From positions 70,730 through 134,729 of the forward strand of contig CANOTO010000001.1 of NCBI GenBank assembly GCA_947570215.1: a stretch of 64,000 bases of DNA. Reading direction: 5' to 3'. Under the pieces are notes generated by a model. The model was not told where the DNA came from and did no database searches. It was given only the letters and a program-made list of their open reading frames with translations. Source of the stretch: an uncultured Clostridia bacterium (GTDB taxonomy: Bacteria > Bacillota > Clostridia > Christensenellales > CAG-314). Positions 48,248 through 59,109 of the stretch are shown piece by piece. Made by a program: the position numbers and the translations under genes. Within the stretch, counting starts at the first letter, position 1; each line of letters begins with the position of its first letter.

Positions 48248-49108
48248 TTAGAACATTACGAGCAAAAAGCCCGCAAGAACGCCCACAAATAAGGACAGGG
48301 CGGGCAATTTGCTTTTCCACATAAGAATAGACTCGGGCAGCAATTCGCCGAATACGACGTATAACATAGCCCCGCTTGCGAATCCCAACGACAGTACCAG
48401 CATAATCTCGTTTATACCGCCCAGAGCATACCCCAAAAGCGCGCCCAACACGGTAGGCAAGCCCGACAAAGCCGTAAGCAAAACTGCCTTGACCCTGCCC
48501 ATACCGCCGGTAATAAGCGGAACCGATACCGCCATACCTTCGGGAATGTTGTGTAATCCGATTACAATCGCCATAATAAAGCCGCTGCCGGAAAAAAGAT
48601 TTCCTACTACGTCGGGAGTTATGGCGTATGACGCGCCGATGACCATACCTTCGGGTAAATTGTGCAACGCTATTGCCATCATCATCACAAGTCCTGCGAC
48701 AAACAAATTGGATTTCTCGCTTTTGTGCTTTTCCAGATGATCGGAGTGAATCAATTCGTCAAGATTATCCGCAGTTTGCGGATGCTTGTCGTCAATATGC
48801 TTTACTTCCCTGTTGGCGTGCCTGTCGATTACGAAATTGAGCAAATACACCACCGCATAGCCTACTGCCACGGCTGCGACAACGATTATCGGAGTCCAAT
48901 TGGGAAGAGTTCCTTCCTTCATCATCTCGATAGGCTCGCTCATAAGGTCGAAGCAAACGACGGAAAGCATAATACCGCCGGCAAAAGCCAACAGCAAGCT
49001 TACAACCTTGTTGGAATCGCGGCGCAATACGGCGCCGATAAGTCCGCCCAAGCCGGTGCCGATTACTCCTGATATAAACGTTATAACTATTATCGCGAAA
49101 TAATCCAT
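48248..49108 (-). CDS. ZIP family metal transporter (ZupT/GufA-like)
   Basis: AFAGGIML, His-rich loop, HNLPEG, HNIPEG, GAMLYVV..EL.PE. Confidence 0.94.
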   Translation of the reverse strand: MDYFAIIVITFISGVIGTGLGGLIGAVLRRDSNKVVSLLLAFAGGIMLSVVCFDLMSEPIEMMKEGTLPNWTPIIVVAAVAVGYAVVYLLNFVIDRHANREVKHIDDKHPQTADNLDELIHSDHLEKHKSEKSNLFVAGLVMMMAIALHNLPEGMVIGASYAITPDVVGNLFSGSGFIMAIVIGLHNIPEGMAVSVPLITGGMGRVKAVLLTALSGLPTVLGALLGYALGGINEIMLVLSLGFASGAMLYVVFGELLPESILMWKSKLPALSLFVGVLAGFLLVMF

Positions 49109-49282
49109 AAATTCATTACTCTTTTGTGTTTTGTTTTCAAGTGAAATCGCAACTTTATTAGTATAACCATTCTGCGGGCAAAAGACAAGCGTACGAGTAT
49201 AAAAATATAAAACAATGTATTATACATTACTCTGCACGCATACAACAATACAGCGCGTCAATCTACACTGCGCTATGTAGTA

Positions 49283-49312
49283 AAACGCTTGAAGCATTAG
49301 CTTCAAGCGTTT
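49283..49312. repeat. Dispersed palindrome, copy 2
   Basis: AAACGCTTGAAGC-atta-GCTTCAAGCGTTT after the 1952-aa gene stop. Confidence 0.75.
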
Positions 49313-49327
49313 ATATTTGATTATGCT

Positions 49328-52300
49328 TTACCAATAAGCGATTTCGCCATTGTCGGCATTTTTGACAATTGCAGTCGCGTCGCCGTAGTTCGGAGTCATC
49401 AGGTTGAGATCCAACGAAGCGGTGATAATGCTTGCCAATTTTAGAGTGCCGCTGACGTTGCGCAAACGGCAATCGTCTTCATGCTTGACGTCGAGAGTTA
49501 TGTCTCCCAATGCGCTGCTGATTTGCGACAAAGCGAGATCGAGCGTGAATTTACCCGATAAGTGAACTTGACTGTTATCGTTCAAGGTCATAGTTTCGTC
49601 GATTTCGGAATATCTGTAATCCTTGATTACGTTTTCAATAAGTATTTCTTTATCGCTTCCCTGCGGCTTGGTTATCTCCTTTTCTATCAAGTTAGAGAAG
49701 TTTACCATTTCCAAAATGTAGTCCATTATGTTGGACGTAAACTGTTCTAACGTCAAGTCAAGCGCAGCGAAATTCTTTTCGTGATAACCGTCGGCAATTT
49801 TCGTTTCCACGCGCACCCTGCGAGTGCCTGTAACTATATATTTTTTACCGTGACGTTCCCATCCTTCCCAAGTATTGCAATTACCGAGCGGTCCGGGTTC
49901 GCTTCCGCACTTGGAACAATACTTGTACTCCTCGTCCGCGCGATAGTATTCCTTGTCCGTCCAGCAATTTCTCACAACGGATATGCGTTCTCTTTCTCCG
50001 TCGAAGTACAAATAACTTTCTCCGCCGTTATCGTAGAAAGCAATGCTTTCCGCCAATCCGCTCGATTTGCTTTCGCGCCCGTTTCCACGGACAATCTTAA
50101 CCGTAAAGAACGTCTTTTCGTGTTCGTTTATATCAACCTTGGCGAATAACTTTATATCTACGTCTTTGGCGATGGGGATACCCAAATGAATCGAGCCTTC
50201 GATATTGAAGGAGCGGAGCATATTGCCGGTAGTTTCGTCCTTGACTCCGTCGGTCGCAGTTACGTTAACCGCAGATAGCAGTTGTTTTATACTGTCAAAG
50301 TTGATATGGTACGTCGCGGAGTCGTACGCTAAAATATCCTGAACTGCGGTATAATCCTCCGCATTATCCACTTCCTGATACGGCATGTCGCCGACGGTCG
50401 TAGACGCTTCCACAGTCATACCTTGAAGCTTGACCTGAATCGTGTCGTACTTCAATTCGAGATTATTGAGGACAAAGCCGTTGCCGTACAGTCCCGCATT
50501 GAGCGTTACGTCTCCGAGCGCAGCAAGCAATACGTTGCCGTTGAGAGACATATTAAATACATTGTCACGATAGCTTAGCTCCTTGATTATCGTAGAGTAA
50601 TCTATCTCCTTGCCTTCCACTTCATCCTTAGCGGCAAATATCTTACCGATAAGATCGCCGATTTGTGGAATTGCCGATTGCAGCTTGGCAAATTCGTCCT
50701 TGCAGCCCATAACCGCTTCGAGCGATACGCTTGCGCGCAGCTTGTTATTGTAGGTTACGTAAATTCGGTTAGCGCCGTTTTCGTCCTTCTTCAACGCAAC
50801 GTCTATACTGTACGTCTTATTGGTTCCGTTGCCGAGCGCTGCGCTCAACGTCAGTTTTGCGCGAAGCTGCGTGTTGCCTTTGTCCGTTTCGTTGTAATAG
50901 AACTCGAAATACGAGCCTGCGTTTAGAGTATAAACAGTCTTGTCGACAGTTACAAAGCTGTCCTGCGTAAATGTAAACTTCCAGCAGTTAGTAGCCACCA
51001 ATTGCTCGATAGCGGGCATATAGTCGTCTAACACTTGCTCTATTGCAACGTAATCGTCCGTATCGGAAAAGTCGTAGTAAGCAGCCTTGTCGGAAGCTCT
51101 AATTTCCAACGTTTTATTGATTTGCGCAATCGGAAGAACCATCTTGTCAAGTTTGCCGTCCGTAAATATCGCCGAAACGTTGAAGCTTGCTAACGTAAGC
51201 CCTAACCGTACGCCGCCGTCCGTATTTGCAACAGTTAACGAATTGATTATTTCCTTAACGTTTACGTCGCCGAACACAGTTATAATATCCAAGCCTGCGC
51301 CCGCATCGGTTGCTCCTGAAAACTCGTGAACAAGATCGTCGATTCTCTTGACAAGCTCGGAGATTCTGTCAACGTCTCCCTGTACCAAAATTTGGTCGTC
51401 GTAGTTTATTCTTATTTTACCGTTCGAATAACAAACGTTAAGATTTTTTAGCTTGAATCTGTAAACTCCGTTTAACAAATCGATATTGGCGTTTACGGTA
51501 TTGCTGTCGTCAATCTTAATTGTAAGATTTGTAGTAAAGTCGCCGTCGGGCCGAGCAACGGTTTTGCTTGCAGCTTTAACGCATGCGCTCTCGATATCTA
51601 CCGCGACGTTGGCAAACGCCAAGCCTTCGACCGAAACGCCGAGTCCGTCCGCTGCGTTTAGAGTTACCGTAAATACGCTTGCATCAAGCCGGCTTCCGTC
51701 CACGCCGATTGTGAGTTTGCTTCCGTCGAACGCAAGCGAATTGACTAATTGAACGTATTCGATACCGCCGTTGGCAAGTTTTGCAACAGCGCCGTTTACA
51801 AAGTCTATCAGTACGTCGAGATATTCGTTATAGCCCTTGAAGCTATTGAGAGTATCCGTTACGCTTTGCTTATCGGAGTTACCGCCGCTACCGCCTACGC
51901 TTACCGCAAGCGTCAACTTGTCCGATTTGAGATAAATTACGTTATCTACAAACCATATCTCGGCGTCGATCATCTTCGTGCCGTTATACGACACGCCGGC
52001 ATTTACATAAAGTCCGCCGCTGTAAACGATTTCCGCATTTATACAATACGCATGTCCGCCGAAAGCTACCGTGCCTTTAACGTTCACGCCGTAGCCCTGC
52101 GCGCTTAGCAGGTTCTTGATTGCGGGAGCGAAAGCTTCCGCAATCGCTACCAAATCTACGCAATCGTCTGTTATAACTTGCGGATATTCGTTACCGCTTG
52201 TAAGCGTAGCCGTAAGCCTTACGTCGCCGATAGATAGGTTGACGTTATCCAGCGTAACGCTGCTGCCGTTCGTAATAAACCTGACTTCCGCGTTTATTCC

Positions 52301-55186
52301 GCCAAACGCGAGAGTTAACGCGTAACCGTCGGAATCGGAAACAAAACCAAGCCCGCCAATTACGTCGGAAACATTGATATTTCCTAATATATCTTGGATT
52401 GCGCGGTCGGAAGCGTTAGGAATAAATTGTTTTATAACGTCAAATAATCTGTCGATGTCCGCAACGTTGAGCTTTGCTTTTAACGCGCCGTAATTAACGT
52501 ATGCCGTTCCGTCGCGGTACAATATTGCAAGCTCCGTATTAAGCAACGTAGTATATGCCGTAGCGGTCATATTGTACAAATCGAGTCTGACGTTTACGGG
52601 CAGTCCCATAACGTCCAATTTAAGCTCGGTTACGTAATCTTCCGTATTGGTAACGGCTACGTCTTTAACGTTGGTTTTAACGGCAACGTCTGCGTCTATT
52701 ACAATGTCGGATAGAGTAAGTCCGACAACCGTTGCAATCAAATTACCCCTGTTTGCGCCGAGCGCGACTTCGAATTCGCCCAAACCGAACGCCTGCGCGT
52801 TTACCGTGATATTTATAGTCTTGTTTTCGAACGTGAACGACTTGATTACTTCTTTCCAATCAAGAGCGGAAAGGTCTGCGTTCTTAATTTTGTCGACAAC
52901 CGAAAGAACGCTTTCGAGAAGTTTATCTATCGCGCCGTTAGCCCCCTTGATTGAGCCGACCAGCCGAGATATATCGACAGCGCTTGCGCCGTCGGAAATC
53001 TCGGCAAGCTTGAACGCAGTTTTTACGCCGTTTACGTCGATGTATACCGCGCCGTCCGCAACGGCTACGTTTGCGTTAAGCAACGTTTTGTCTGCGTTAG
53101 ACAGCAAGGCGTTTACGGATATATTACCCAATCTGTCGTATACGAAGTCTCCGTTTAGGTTGTACGTTTTGCCGTCAACTACTACATTGGCGTTAAATTC
53201 CGCCCCGTAGCTTTCCGCCTTGATAAGATTAACCACGGGAGTAAGGAACGTTTCCGCAACGTCGGTTACGTCCGCGTATTCGTCCGCGTTAACCGTCGGA
53301 ATTTGCAGAGCTAAGTCGTTGTTCGGACAAAGCGTTACCGTATTTTCACCGAACGCCACCGCAATTTCACTTAAATTCCAACCGTTATCGTTTGCAACAA
53401 GCTTTACGTTTGCTTGTACGCCGCCGAGTTCGAGCGAGAAGGTTACGCCGCCGTCCGAAGTCGTTGCGCTGATTGTATTAAGCGCGGACAACACTCTGTC
53501 TATCGTAACCTTGGGCATCGACAGACCGCCGTCTAATTTGAAATACGTTTTAACCAAAGTCAGCAGGTCATCGATATCAGACAAGGCGAGTTTTAGCTTT
53601 AACTCGCCCATAGACGCAAACAGCGTCTGCTGCTGCATCGTCAGCTCGACATCGCCCGCCTTGGCGTATAAATTGTCGGAGGCAATATCGAACAACACGT
53701 CGGCGGATGTTCCGAACGCGTTGACGCGAGCGGAAATTACGCCGTTTTTAACTAAATCCGTCAAGCCTAAGATTTCGGGATATTCTCCGTTCCTTTCAGG
53801 CACGGAAATGTCGCCGACAGGAACGATATCCACGGTTATGTCGCCAAGCGTTGCCACGGCGGAAGTAAATTCGTACTTATCTCCGTTAACGTTGGCGTAA
53901 AAGTTAATGTCTAAAACAAGCTCTCCCAAAGTCAGCGGAAGATTAACCTTGCAAACGCCGTCCTTGATTTCATAATTGGCGTTGGCAAGAATGTCGTCGT
54001 CTGAAAGGTCGCCGACGTTATTCGAGCCGTTGGGCATAAGTGTTTGCAACAACCCCATTATACCGTCTACTGTAGTGCTGCCCTTGAAATCTTGGTATGT
54101 AACGAACAGCTTGCTCCTATCGTAGCTCACATACAAATCTTCGCCCAATTTAACGTCAACGGCAGTATTTTCCAAATGCTCTATGTCAATCTTCGCCGAA
54201 ACAAGACCGGACAAGACCGTCTTGTCATTATACTCGGCGTTTAACGAAACGTTAAGCTTGCCGCCGGTAATGTACGGATTGAATATGTCCATAAGAACGG
54301 TTAACGCGTCGTCCGTAGGTTCGACAGGAGTTACGGCTTGCGCGTCGAAAAACTGTTCGAAGAAGTCCTTTTCAGGTAAATCGCCTTGATAGCCTATCTC
54401 GGTAAACGTTTCCGTTATGTCTTCGGTACATTTAACGCCTCCGAACATAGGAACGTTATATTCGCAGTCCGTTCTGAGAGTTTTTACCTGCCAACTTGCG
54501 TCCATAGTGACGACTATTTCCGCTTTAATAAAGGTGGAAAATCCCTTCATATTGGAATTGGCGCGCATTTCGTACAGCATGTACGCAGGAGCCTTAACCT
54601 TATCCAAAACGTAACGGTAAGTAAACAAACCGTTTTCCTGATTTTCGAGAGTTCCTTCAAGCACCGTTTCCCGATTCAAAATATAACCCGTAAGCTCGTT
54701 AGAGCAATGACCGAACTTACCCAAGAAATCGTCTTTGGTAAACTTCTGAGCGGAGTTGGACCACTTGATATCGTCGGCGTTATTTATCTTGTCCGGCTTA
54801 CGGTACAAATAATTGTCGCCGTACAAGTACAGCTGATAGGCGTTCTTTACTACGCCTACGGTAGCCATTTCCTTGAATACGTTGCCGTTTACAACGGTAC
54901 GCTTATTGGAAACCTCTTGCGCGAGACCGACGGATACCGTCTTTCCGTACGTCGTACCGATAAAGCCGCCGCTCCGTTTGAGTTCACCCGCCGCAATGTA
55001 AAGATTCGTAATAGCGTCGTTCGTCGAAGGATCGCCTTCCGTCGGCTTATCCAAATATGTATTGACCGCGTCGGTAGGCAAAACTACGGCGGGAGTTTCG
55101 CCGTTCAGATTCTGCGCCACCATTACCGTCCCGACGGACGAAAACACCAAAGCCAATATTAAACATAGAACTTTCGCTTTTTGCAT
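49328..55186 (-). CDS. Giant (1952 aa) exported beta-rich repeat protein of unknown function
   Basis: N-terminal signal/TM; ~370-aa internal repeats; AAGGA RBS; no catalytic motif recognised. Confidence 0.85.
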   Translation of the reverse strand: MQKAKVLCLILALVFSSVGTVMVAQNLNGETPAVVLPTDAVNTYLDKPTEGDPSTNDAITNLYIAAGELKRSGGFIGTTYGKTVSVGLAQEVSNKRTVVNGNVFKEMATVGVVKNAYQLYLYGDNYLYRKPDKINNADDIKWSNSAQKFTKDDFLGKFGHCSNELTGYILNRETVLEGTLENQENGLFTYRYVLDKVKAPAYMLYEMRANSNMKGFSTFIKAEIVVTMDASWQVKTLRTDCEYNVPMFGGVKCTEDITETFTEIGYQGDLPEKDFFEQFFDAQAVTPVEPTDDALTVLMDIFNPYITGGKLNVSLNAEYNDKTVLSGLVSAKIDIEHLENTAVDVKLGEDLYVSYDRSKLFVTYQDFKGSTTVDGIMGLLQTLMPNGSNNVGDLSDDDILANANYEIKDGVCKVNLPLTLGELVLDINFYANVNGDKYEFTSAVATLGDITVDIVPVGDISVPERNGEYPEILGLTDLVKNGVISARVNAFGTSADVLFDIASDNLYAKAGDVELTMQQQTLFASMGELKLKLALSDIDDLLTLVKTYFKLDGGLSMPKVTIDRVLSALNTISATTSDGGVTFSLELGGVQANVKLVANDNGWNLSEIAVAFGENTVTLCPNNDLALQIPTVNADEYADVTDVAETFLTPVVNLIKAESYGAEFNANVVVDGKTYNLNGDFVYDRLGNISVNALLSNADKTLLNANVAVADGAVYIDVNGVKTAFKLAEISDGASAVDISRLVGSIKGANGAIDKLLESVLSVVDKIKNADLSALDWKEVIKSFTFENKTINITVNAQAFGLGEFEVALGANRGNLIATVVGLTLSDIVIDADVAVKTNVKDVAVTNTEDYVTELKLDVMGLPVNVRLDLYNMTATAYTTLLNTELAILYRDGTAYVNYGALKAKLNVADIDRLFDVIKQFIPNASDRAIQDILGNINVSDVIGGLGFVSDSDGYALTLAFGGINAEVRFITNGSSVTLDNVNLSIGDVRLTATLTSGNEYPQVITDDCVDLVAIAEAFAPAIKNLLSAQGYGVNVKGTVAFGGHAYCINAEIVYSGGLYVNAGVSYNGTKMIDAEIWFVDNVIYLKSDKLTLAVSVGGSGGNSDKQSVTDTLNSFKGYNEYLDVLIDFVNGAVAKLANGGIEYVQLVNSLAFDGSKLTIGVDGSRLDASVFTVTLNAADGLGVSVEGLAFANVAVDIESACVKAASKTVARPDGDFTTNLTIKIDDSNTVNANIDLLNGVYRFKLKNLNVCYSNGKIRINYDDQILVQGDVDRISELVKRIDDLVHEFSGATDAGAGLDIITVFGDVNVKEIINSLTVANTDGGVRLGLTLASFNVSAIFTDGKLDKMVLPIAQINKTLEIRASDKAAYYDFSDTDDYVAIEQVLDDYMPAIEQLVATNCWKFTFTQDSFVTVDKTVYTLNAGSYFEFYYNETDKGNTQLRAKLTLSAALGNGTNKTYSIDVALKKDENGANRIYVTYNNKLRASVSLEAVMGCKDEFAKLQSAIPQIGDLIGKIFAAKDEVEGKEIDYSTIIKELSYRDNVFNMSLNGNVLLAALGDVTLNAGLYGNGFVLNNLELKYDTIQVKLQGMTVEASTTVGDMPYQEVDNAEDYTAVQDILAYDSATYHINFDSIKQLLSAVNVTATDGVKDETTGNMLRSFNIEGSIHLGIPIAKDVDIKLFAKVDINEHEKTFFTVKIVRGNGRESKSSGLAESIAFYDNGGESYLYFDGERERISVVRNCWTDKEYYRADEEYKYCSKCGSEPGPLGNCNTWEGWERHGKKYIVTGTRRVRVETKIADGYHEKNFAALDLTLEQFTSNIMDYILEMVNFSNLIEKEITKPQGSDKEILIENVIKDYRYSEIDETMTLNDNSQVHLSGKFTLDLALSQISSALGDITLDVKHEDDCRLRNVSGTLKLASIITASLDLNLMTPNYGDATAIVKNADNGEIAYW

Positions 55187-55405
55187 TACGTTATCCTTTA
55201 CGTTTATTCAAGACGCCGTCTTATGCCTGCAAAGGCATAATTCGTCATTTTCACGAGAAATTCTACAATGCAAACGTAAACTTTAAGTAAACAAAAGCCT
55301 TTTTTCAACAAATTTTTATTAAATTATTTATATATAATATATAATTCGAAACTCAATTTGTTTTAAGTCGCTCGGCAATTTTCTCCGCAACGGGACGGCA
55401 GTATA

Positions 55406-55430
55406 AAACCCGCGTAAAATACGCGGGTTA
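55406..55430 (-). terminator. Intrinsic terminator
   Basis: AACCCGCGTA-aaa-TACGCGGGTT. Confidence 0.7.
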
Positions 55431-55455
55431 AATTACAAAAACCGTAATTGTATGA

Positions 55456-56061
55456 TTACTTGGAAAATTTATATATTACCGACACATTCGTTCCGTTTTG
55501 TTCGTATGTGAGTTCTATTTTATCAAGATATTTTCTAAAGCCTACGCGCACTTTTACGTTAGTTCCGTCAAACGAATCGTTTCCCGTAAATTCCTTGGCG
55601 TTTACCACATCCGCCTGCAAAGTGTAATCCGTAACCTTGACATTGGTCAGCAGTGACCGACGGAAGGTAATGGATGAAGCGTTAAGCTGCGTAAGACTTT
55701 CCGACTCGATTGCTCCGCCGTTAATTTCGGTAACGGAGCCGTTTTGCACGACTGCCGTGCCGATAACACGTGTTTTGAAGTCGTCGGGCGATGTAACTGC
55801 GCCGCCGTTAACTTCGAAAGAATTGAGCTTGTCGAAAGCATAGGAAACGTTTACCTTATCGCCGTCCGTTACAAATTCGTAATTACCGTTTAGCGTTATA
55901 CCGTCCTTTTCCGTTACTACTTCCACCGTTACTTTGGAGTAATCCTCACGAAGCAGGACGTTAATTTTGCGATATATCTCACTGTTATCCTTGCAAGCCG
56001 ATAAGCATACCGTAAGAAGGATGACAACAAATAATCCAATAAAATAATTGCGTTTTTTCAT
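55456..56061 (-). CDS. Hypothetical beta-rich lipoprotein
   Basis: Lipobox LSAC; alternating hydrophobic strands. Confidence 0.8.
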   Translation of the reverse strand: MKKRNYFIGLFVVILLTVCLSACKDNSEIYRKINVLLREDYSKVTVEVVTEKDGITLNGNYEFVTDGDKVNVSYAFDKLNSFEVNGGAVTSPDDFKTRVIGTAVVQNGSVTEINGGAIESESLTQLNASSITFRRSLLTNVKVTDYTLQADVVNAKEFTGNDSFDGTNVKVRVGFRKYLDKIELTYEQNGTNVSVIYKFSK

Positions 56062-56072
56062 ATCTGCCCCCC

Positions 56073-57740
56073 CTATCTTGCGGTTTGTTTTAGAATAATA
56101 ACCAACGCCAGCACTGCAAGCGCGGTTTTGGCGACGGTTTCCGCAGCAAAGCGCGTTGCGGACTCAAACCCGTCGTTGTAGTCGCCCACCGCCGAATTGT
56201 ATTCGTTTATCTTGTCCAATAACGATTTGTATACAGCCGCCGCCTGCTGTTTTTCCGACTCGGAAAGTTGATTGTAAACTTGCAATGCGGCGTTAATTGC
56301 CGTAAACTTACCTTCTAAACTCGAAGCGGAGCTTACCGCGTCCACCGCCGAAATAAAGTTCTTGATAGAGTCCACCACGTTAACTTTAATTGTAAAAGTC
56401 AGTTCCTTTTCGACACTGCCATACTTGCATTTTATCTTCGTAGTGGTTTCACGAAGCATTTCCTGCCCCGTTGCCGCATCCAACCACTGAAAGTTACCGT
56501 TTGGTACAACCGCGTCCGTCCCGTCGGAATACAATACCTTGACGGTCAGTCCCGCAGGATTAAACCTGTCGCCGGCGTTATATTCCGTTTGTGTAGGCGT
56601 TCCGCTTATTTCGATATCTTTAACCGACTTGACAGTTACTGTCGCAGTCGCAGTTATAGACGGATTCTCTTTACTGACGGCGGTAATAATCGTCGAGCCT
56701 TCCGCAAGCGCGGAAACCAAACCGTTAGCGTTTACGGTTGCTACCGACGTGTTGCCGCTGCTCCAAGTCACTTGACTATTGGCATTTGACGGAGTTGGAG
56801 TAACGGACAGCGTAGCCGTACCGCCGACGGCAAGATTTAGCGAGGTTACGTTCATCGCAAGACTCTTCAATTCCGTCGTTTCAACAGTTCCGTCTCCCCA
56901 AATGGCGTCCGCATAGCTTTCGTTATCTATAAACGGATTGCGGTTACCCTGAATTTTGTAAACTTCGTCGTTTCTCAAGCGTTCTATTTCATCTACGGGG
57001 TCGAGCTTATTCCACTTTAACAACAGTTTCCAAGCATTTTCCGTTCCGCCGGCGGAAATAATATTAGTAATAGGCAAATTGCCCGCAGTCATCTTGCTCT
57101 CTACGCTACCGCCGACAGTAGACGTTTTGTTGTAGTGAAGATACACGTACATAACGATACGCGCCACGTCGCCCTTTGCCATATCCAACGGTTCGAAAAC
57201 ATTTCCGCTCGAATGTCCGCCCAGGTACTTCGTAACGCTTGTGTATTCGGGGACGCCGTTGGGAGCTTCGCCGTACAGCTTACTGCCGCGATGATTGTTC
57301 AAATCTTTTTCGGCGGGACGCACATGATGCAAATCGCTGCCCCCTCCGCTCGTGCCCCACAAACCGTTAGAGTCGGATTTCGGCCAAACATGTTCTCGGT
57401 TCCAGCCGCCCGAAACGTCCCATTTGTTAAAAGCAATGTCCGTATGAGTATAAAATTCCAACACGGTATTACTGCCCTTGCCGGGATCGGTATTCGGCGC
57501 TTTGTAGCGACAATCGTTATAACTTGAATATGTCGTATGCGTACTAACAATCAAATCATGCAATTGTCCGGACAATTCCTTGCCGCTTGTAGCCGTTACT
57601 GACGAGTAGTACGCGTCCAAACCCGCCGCCTGCGCGTAGTTTACCTGCGTAAAATAAAAATCGACGTCAGGCAAAAACATCGCGAACGCGAAACAAAATG
57701 CCAACGTCAATACCAACAGCAGTTTCTTTTTGTTTTTCAT
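56073..57740 (-). CDS. Extracellular endonuclease I family (Bsn-like) nuclease with Ig-like domains
   Basis: WNREHVWPKS, SDLHH.RP, N..RG, KGDVAR..Y, QGNRNPFID; Big_2-like VTWSS.N.SVATV; hydrophobic C-terminus. Confidence 0.92.
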   Translation of the reverse strand: MKNKKKLLLVLTLAFCFAFAMFLPDVDFYFTQVNYAQAAGLDAYYSSVTATSGKELSGQLHDLIVSTHTTYSSYNDCRYKAPNTDPGKGSNTVLEFYTHTDIAFNKWDVSGGWNREHVWPKSDSNGLWGTSGGGSDLHHVRPAEKDLNNHRGSKLYGEAPNGVPEYTSVTKYLGGHSSGNVFEPLDMAKGDVARIVMYVYLHYNKTSTVGGSVESKMTAGNLPITNIISAGGTENAWKLLLKWNKLDPVDEIERLRNDEVYKIQGNRNPFIDNESYADAIWGDGTVETTELKSLAMNVTSLNLAVGGTATLSVTPTPSNANSQVTWSSGNTSVATVNANGLVSALAEGSTIITAVSKENPSITATATVTVKSVKDIEISGTPTQTEYNAGDRFNPAGLTVKVLYSDGTDAVVPNGNFQWLDAATGQEMLRETTTKIKCKYGSVEKELTFTIKVNVVDSIKNFISAVDAVSSASSLEGKFTAINAALQVYNQLSESEKQQAAAVYKSLLDKINEYNSAVGDYNDGFESATRFAAETVAKTALAVLALVIILKQTAR

Positions 57741-57832
57741 ACATTACTCCAAACCAAAACCGAATTTCTACTAAATACAGTATACTATTATTCAATAATA
57801 ATCTCAATAGTTTTAGACAAAAAACACAAAAA

Positions 57833-57857
57833 ATTCCCGACAAAAACTGTCGGGAAT
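57833..57857 (-). terminator. Terminator of the two-component operon
   Basis: ATTCCCGACA-aaaac-TGTCGGGAAT. Confidence 0.75.
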
Positions 57858-57885
57858 AGTTGTAATACGTTAACTATCCAATAGT

Positions 57886-59109
57886 TTATTCTTTTTTGAA
57901 TTTATAAGAAGGCAATTCTACTACAAAATACGTCCGCCCGTTGCTGTAGCTTGCGGAAATATCTCCGCCATGAGTTTGGCTTATCATCTTGGCGATGGAA
58001 AGCCCCAGTCCGTTGCCGCTCTTTTCGGCGTTACGCGACTTATCCAAAGTGTAAAACCTGTCGAAAAGGTGAGAAAGCTGTTCTTCCGACAGTTCTTCGC
58101 TGTCGTTGGAAACAGACAGAGTTATATGCCGTCCCGCACACGTCAAGTTCAAAATTATATTACCGTCGCCGACGGAATACTTGTTAGCGTTGTCCAACAG
58201 AATTGTAGTAAGCTGTTTAAGCTGTCCGACATTGCCGAAGACTTTTACGTCGCGGGCTATGTCATATCGAAAAGATTTGCCGTTCTCGTAAAATACGGCG
58301 TCGTAGCTTAAAACGGTGGTTTCTATGCAGTCGGATATATTGACGGGCTCCATCTGTACTTTTAAGCCGTCGTCGTTTTTTGCAAGGAACAGCAAGTCGG
58401 CAACCAACTCCGCCATACGCTTGGCTTCCAAGCGGGTGTTCTCGATCCATTGCATTTGGCTTGCAACCGTCTCGTCTTGGTGCGATGCAATAATCTCCGT
58501 ATTAGCCATAATTACAGACAACGGAGTTTTAAGCTCGTGCGAAGCGTCTGCGACAAACTGCTTTTGTTTGGACCAGCTATCTTCGACAGGCTTTAACGCT
58601 ATCCGCGCCAAAATCATACTGATAGCAAAATAACAGCCCACTCCGACAAGCAACGCGCCGCTCGTCAGTAACACATACGCTATAAAACTGTGACGCGAAA
58701 AACGGTTGCTAAATACTATTCTTACCATCTCGCCGTTGTTTGAAGTACGTTTTGCAAACTTTATTTTAGCCGATATAATGCCCGACTTTTTGTCGGATTC
58801 GGCAATTTCGGCAATTGTTTCTTCTATCAGTTTTACGTCCAAGTTTGCGCTGTCGCCCACTGCCTTGTTAACAATGACGCCGCTTGAAAGATTGTACTCG
58901 TATAACGCTATATCGCCGAAAAGCTGATTGTCTTCGAACTTTTCGCCGTCGGCAAAGTCGTAATCGAATGCGGCGTATATACGGTTATCCTTTTCGGCGT
59001 CGACGCGGTTGTAACCCGCCGAAAACACGAACAGCATAGCCACAAAAAATACTATGCACACCGACACGACGTTTATAGCTACTATTTTTTTGCGCAGACC
59101 GTTTATCAC
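57886..59109 (-). CDS. Sensor histidine kinase
   Basis: Two TMs; FVADASHELKTPL, LLDNANKY, FDRFY, GNGLGLSIA; GTG start. Confidence 0.95.
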   Translation of the reverse strand: MINGLRKKIVAINVVSVCIVFFVAMLFVFSAGYNRVDAEKDNRIYAAFDYDFADGEKFEDNQLFGDIALYEYNLSSGVIVNKAVGDSANLDVKLIEETIAEIAESDKKSGIISAKIKFAKRTSNNGEMVRIVFSNRFSRHSFIAYVLLTSGALLVGVGCYFAISMILARIALKPVEDSWSKQKQFVADASHELKTPLSVIMANTEIIASHQDETVASQMQWIENTRLEAKRMAELVADLLFLAKNDDGLKVQMEPVNISDCIETTVLSYDAVFYENGKSFRYDIARDVKVFGNVGQLKQLTTILLDNANKYSVGDGNIILNLTCAGRHITLSVSNDSEELSEEQLSHLFDRFYTLDKSRNAEKSGNGLGLSIAKMISQTHGGDISASYSNGRTYFVVELPSYKFKKE

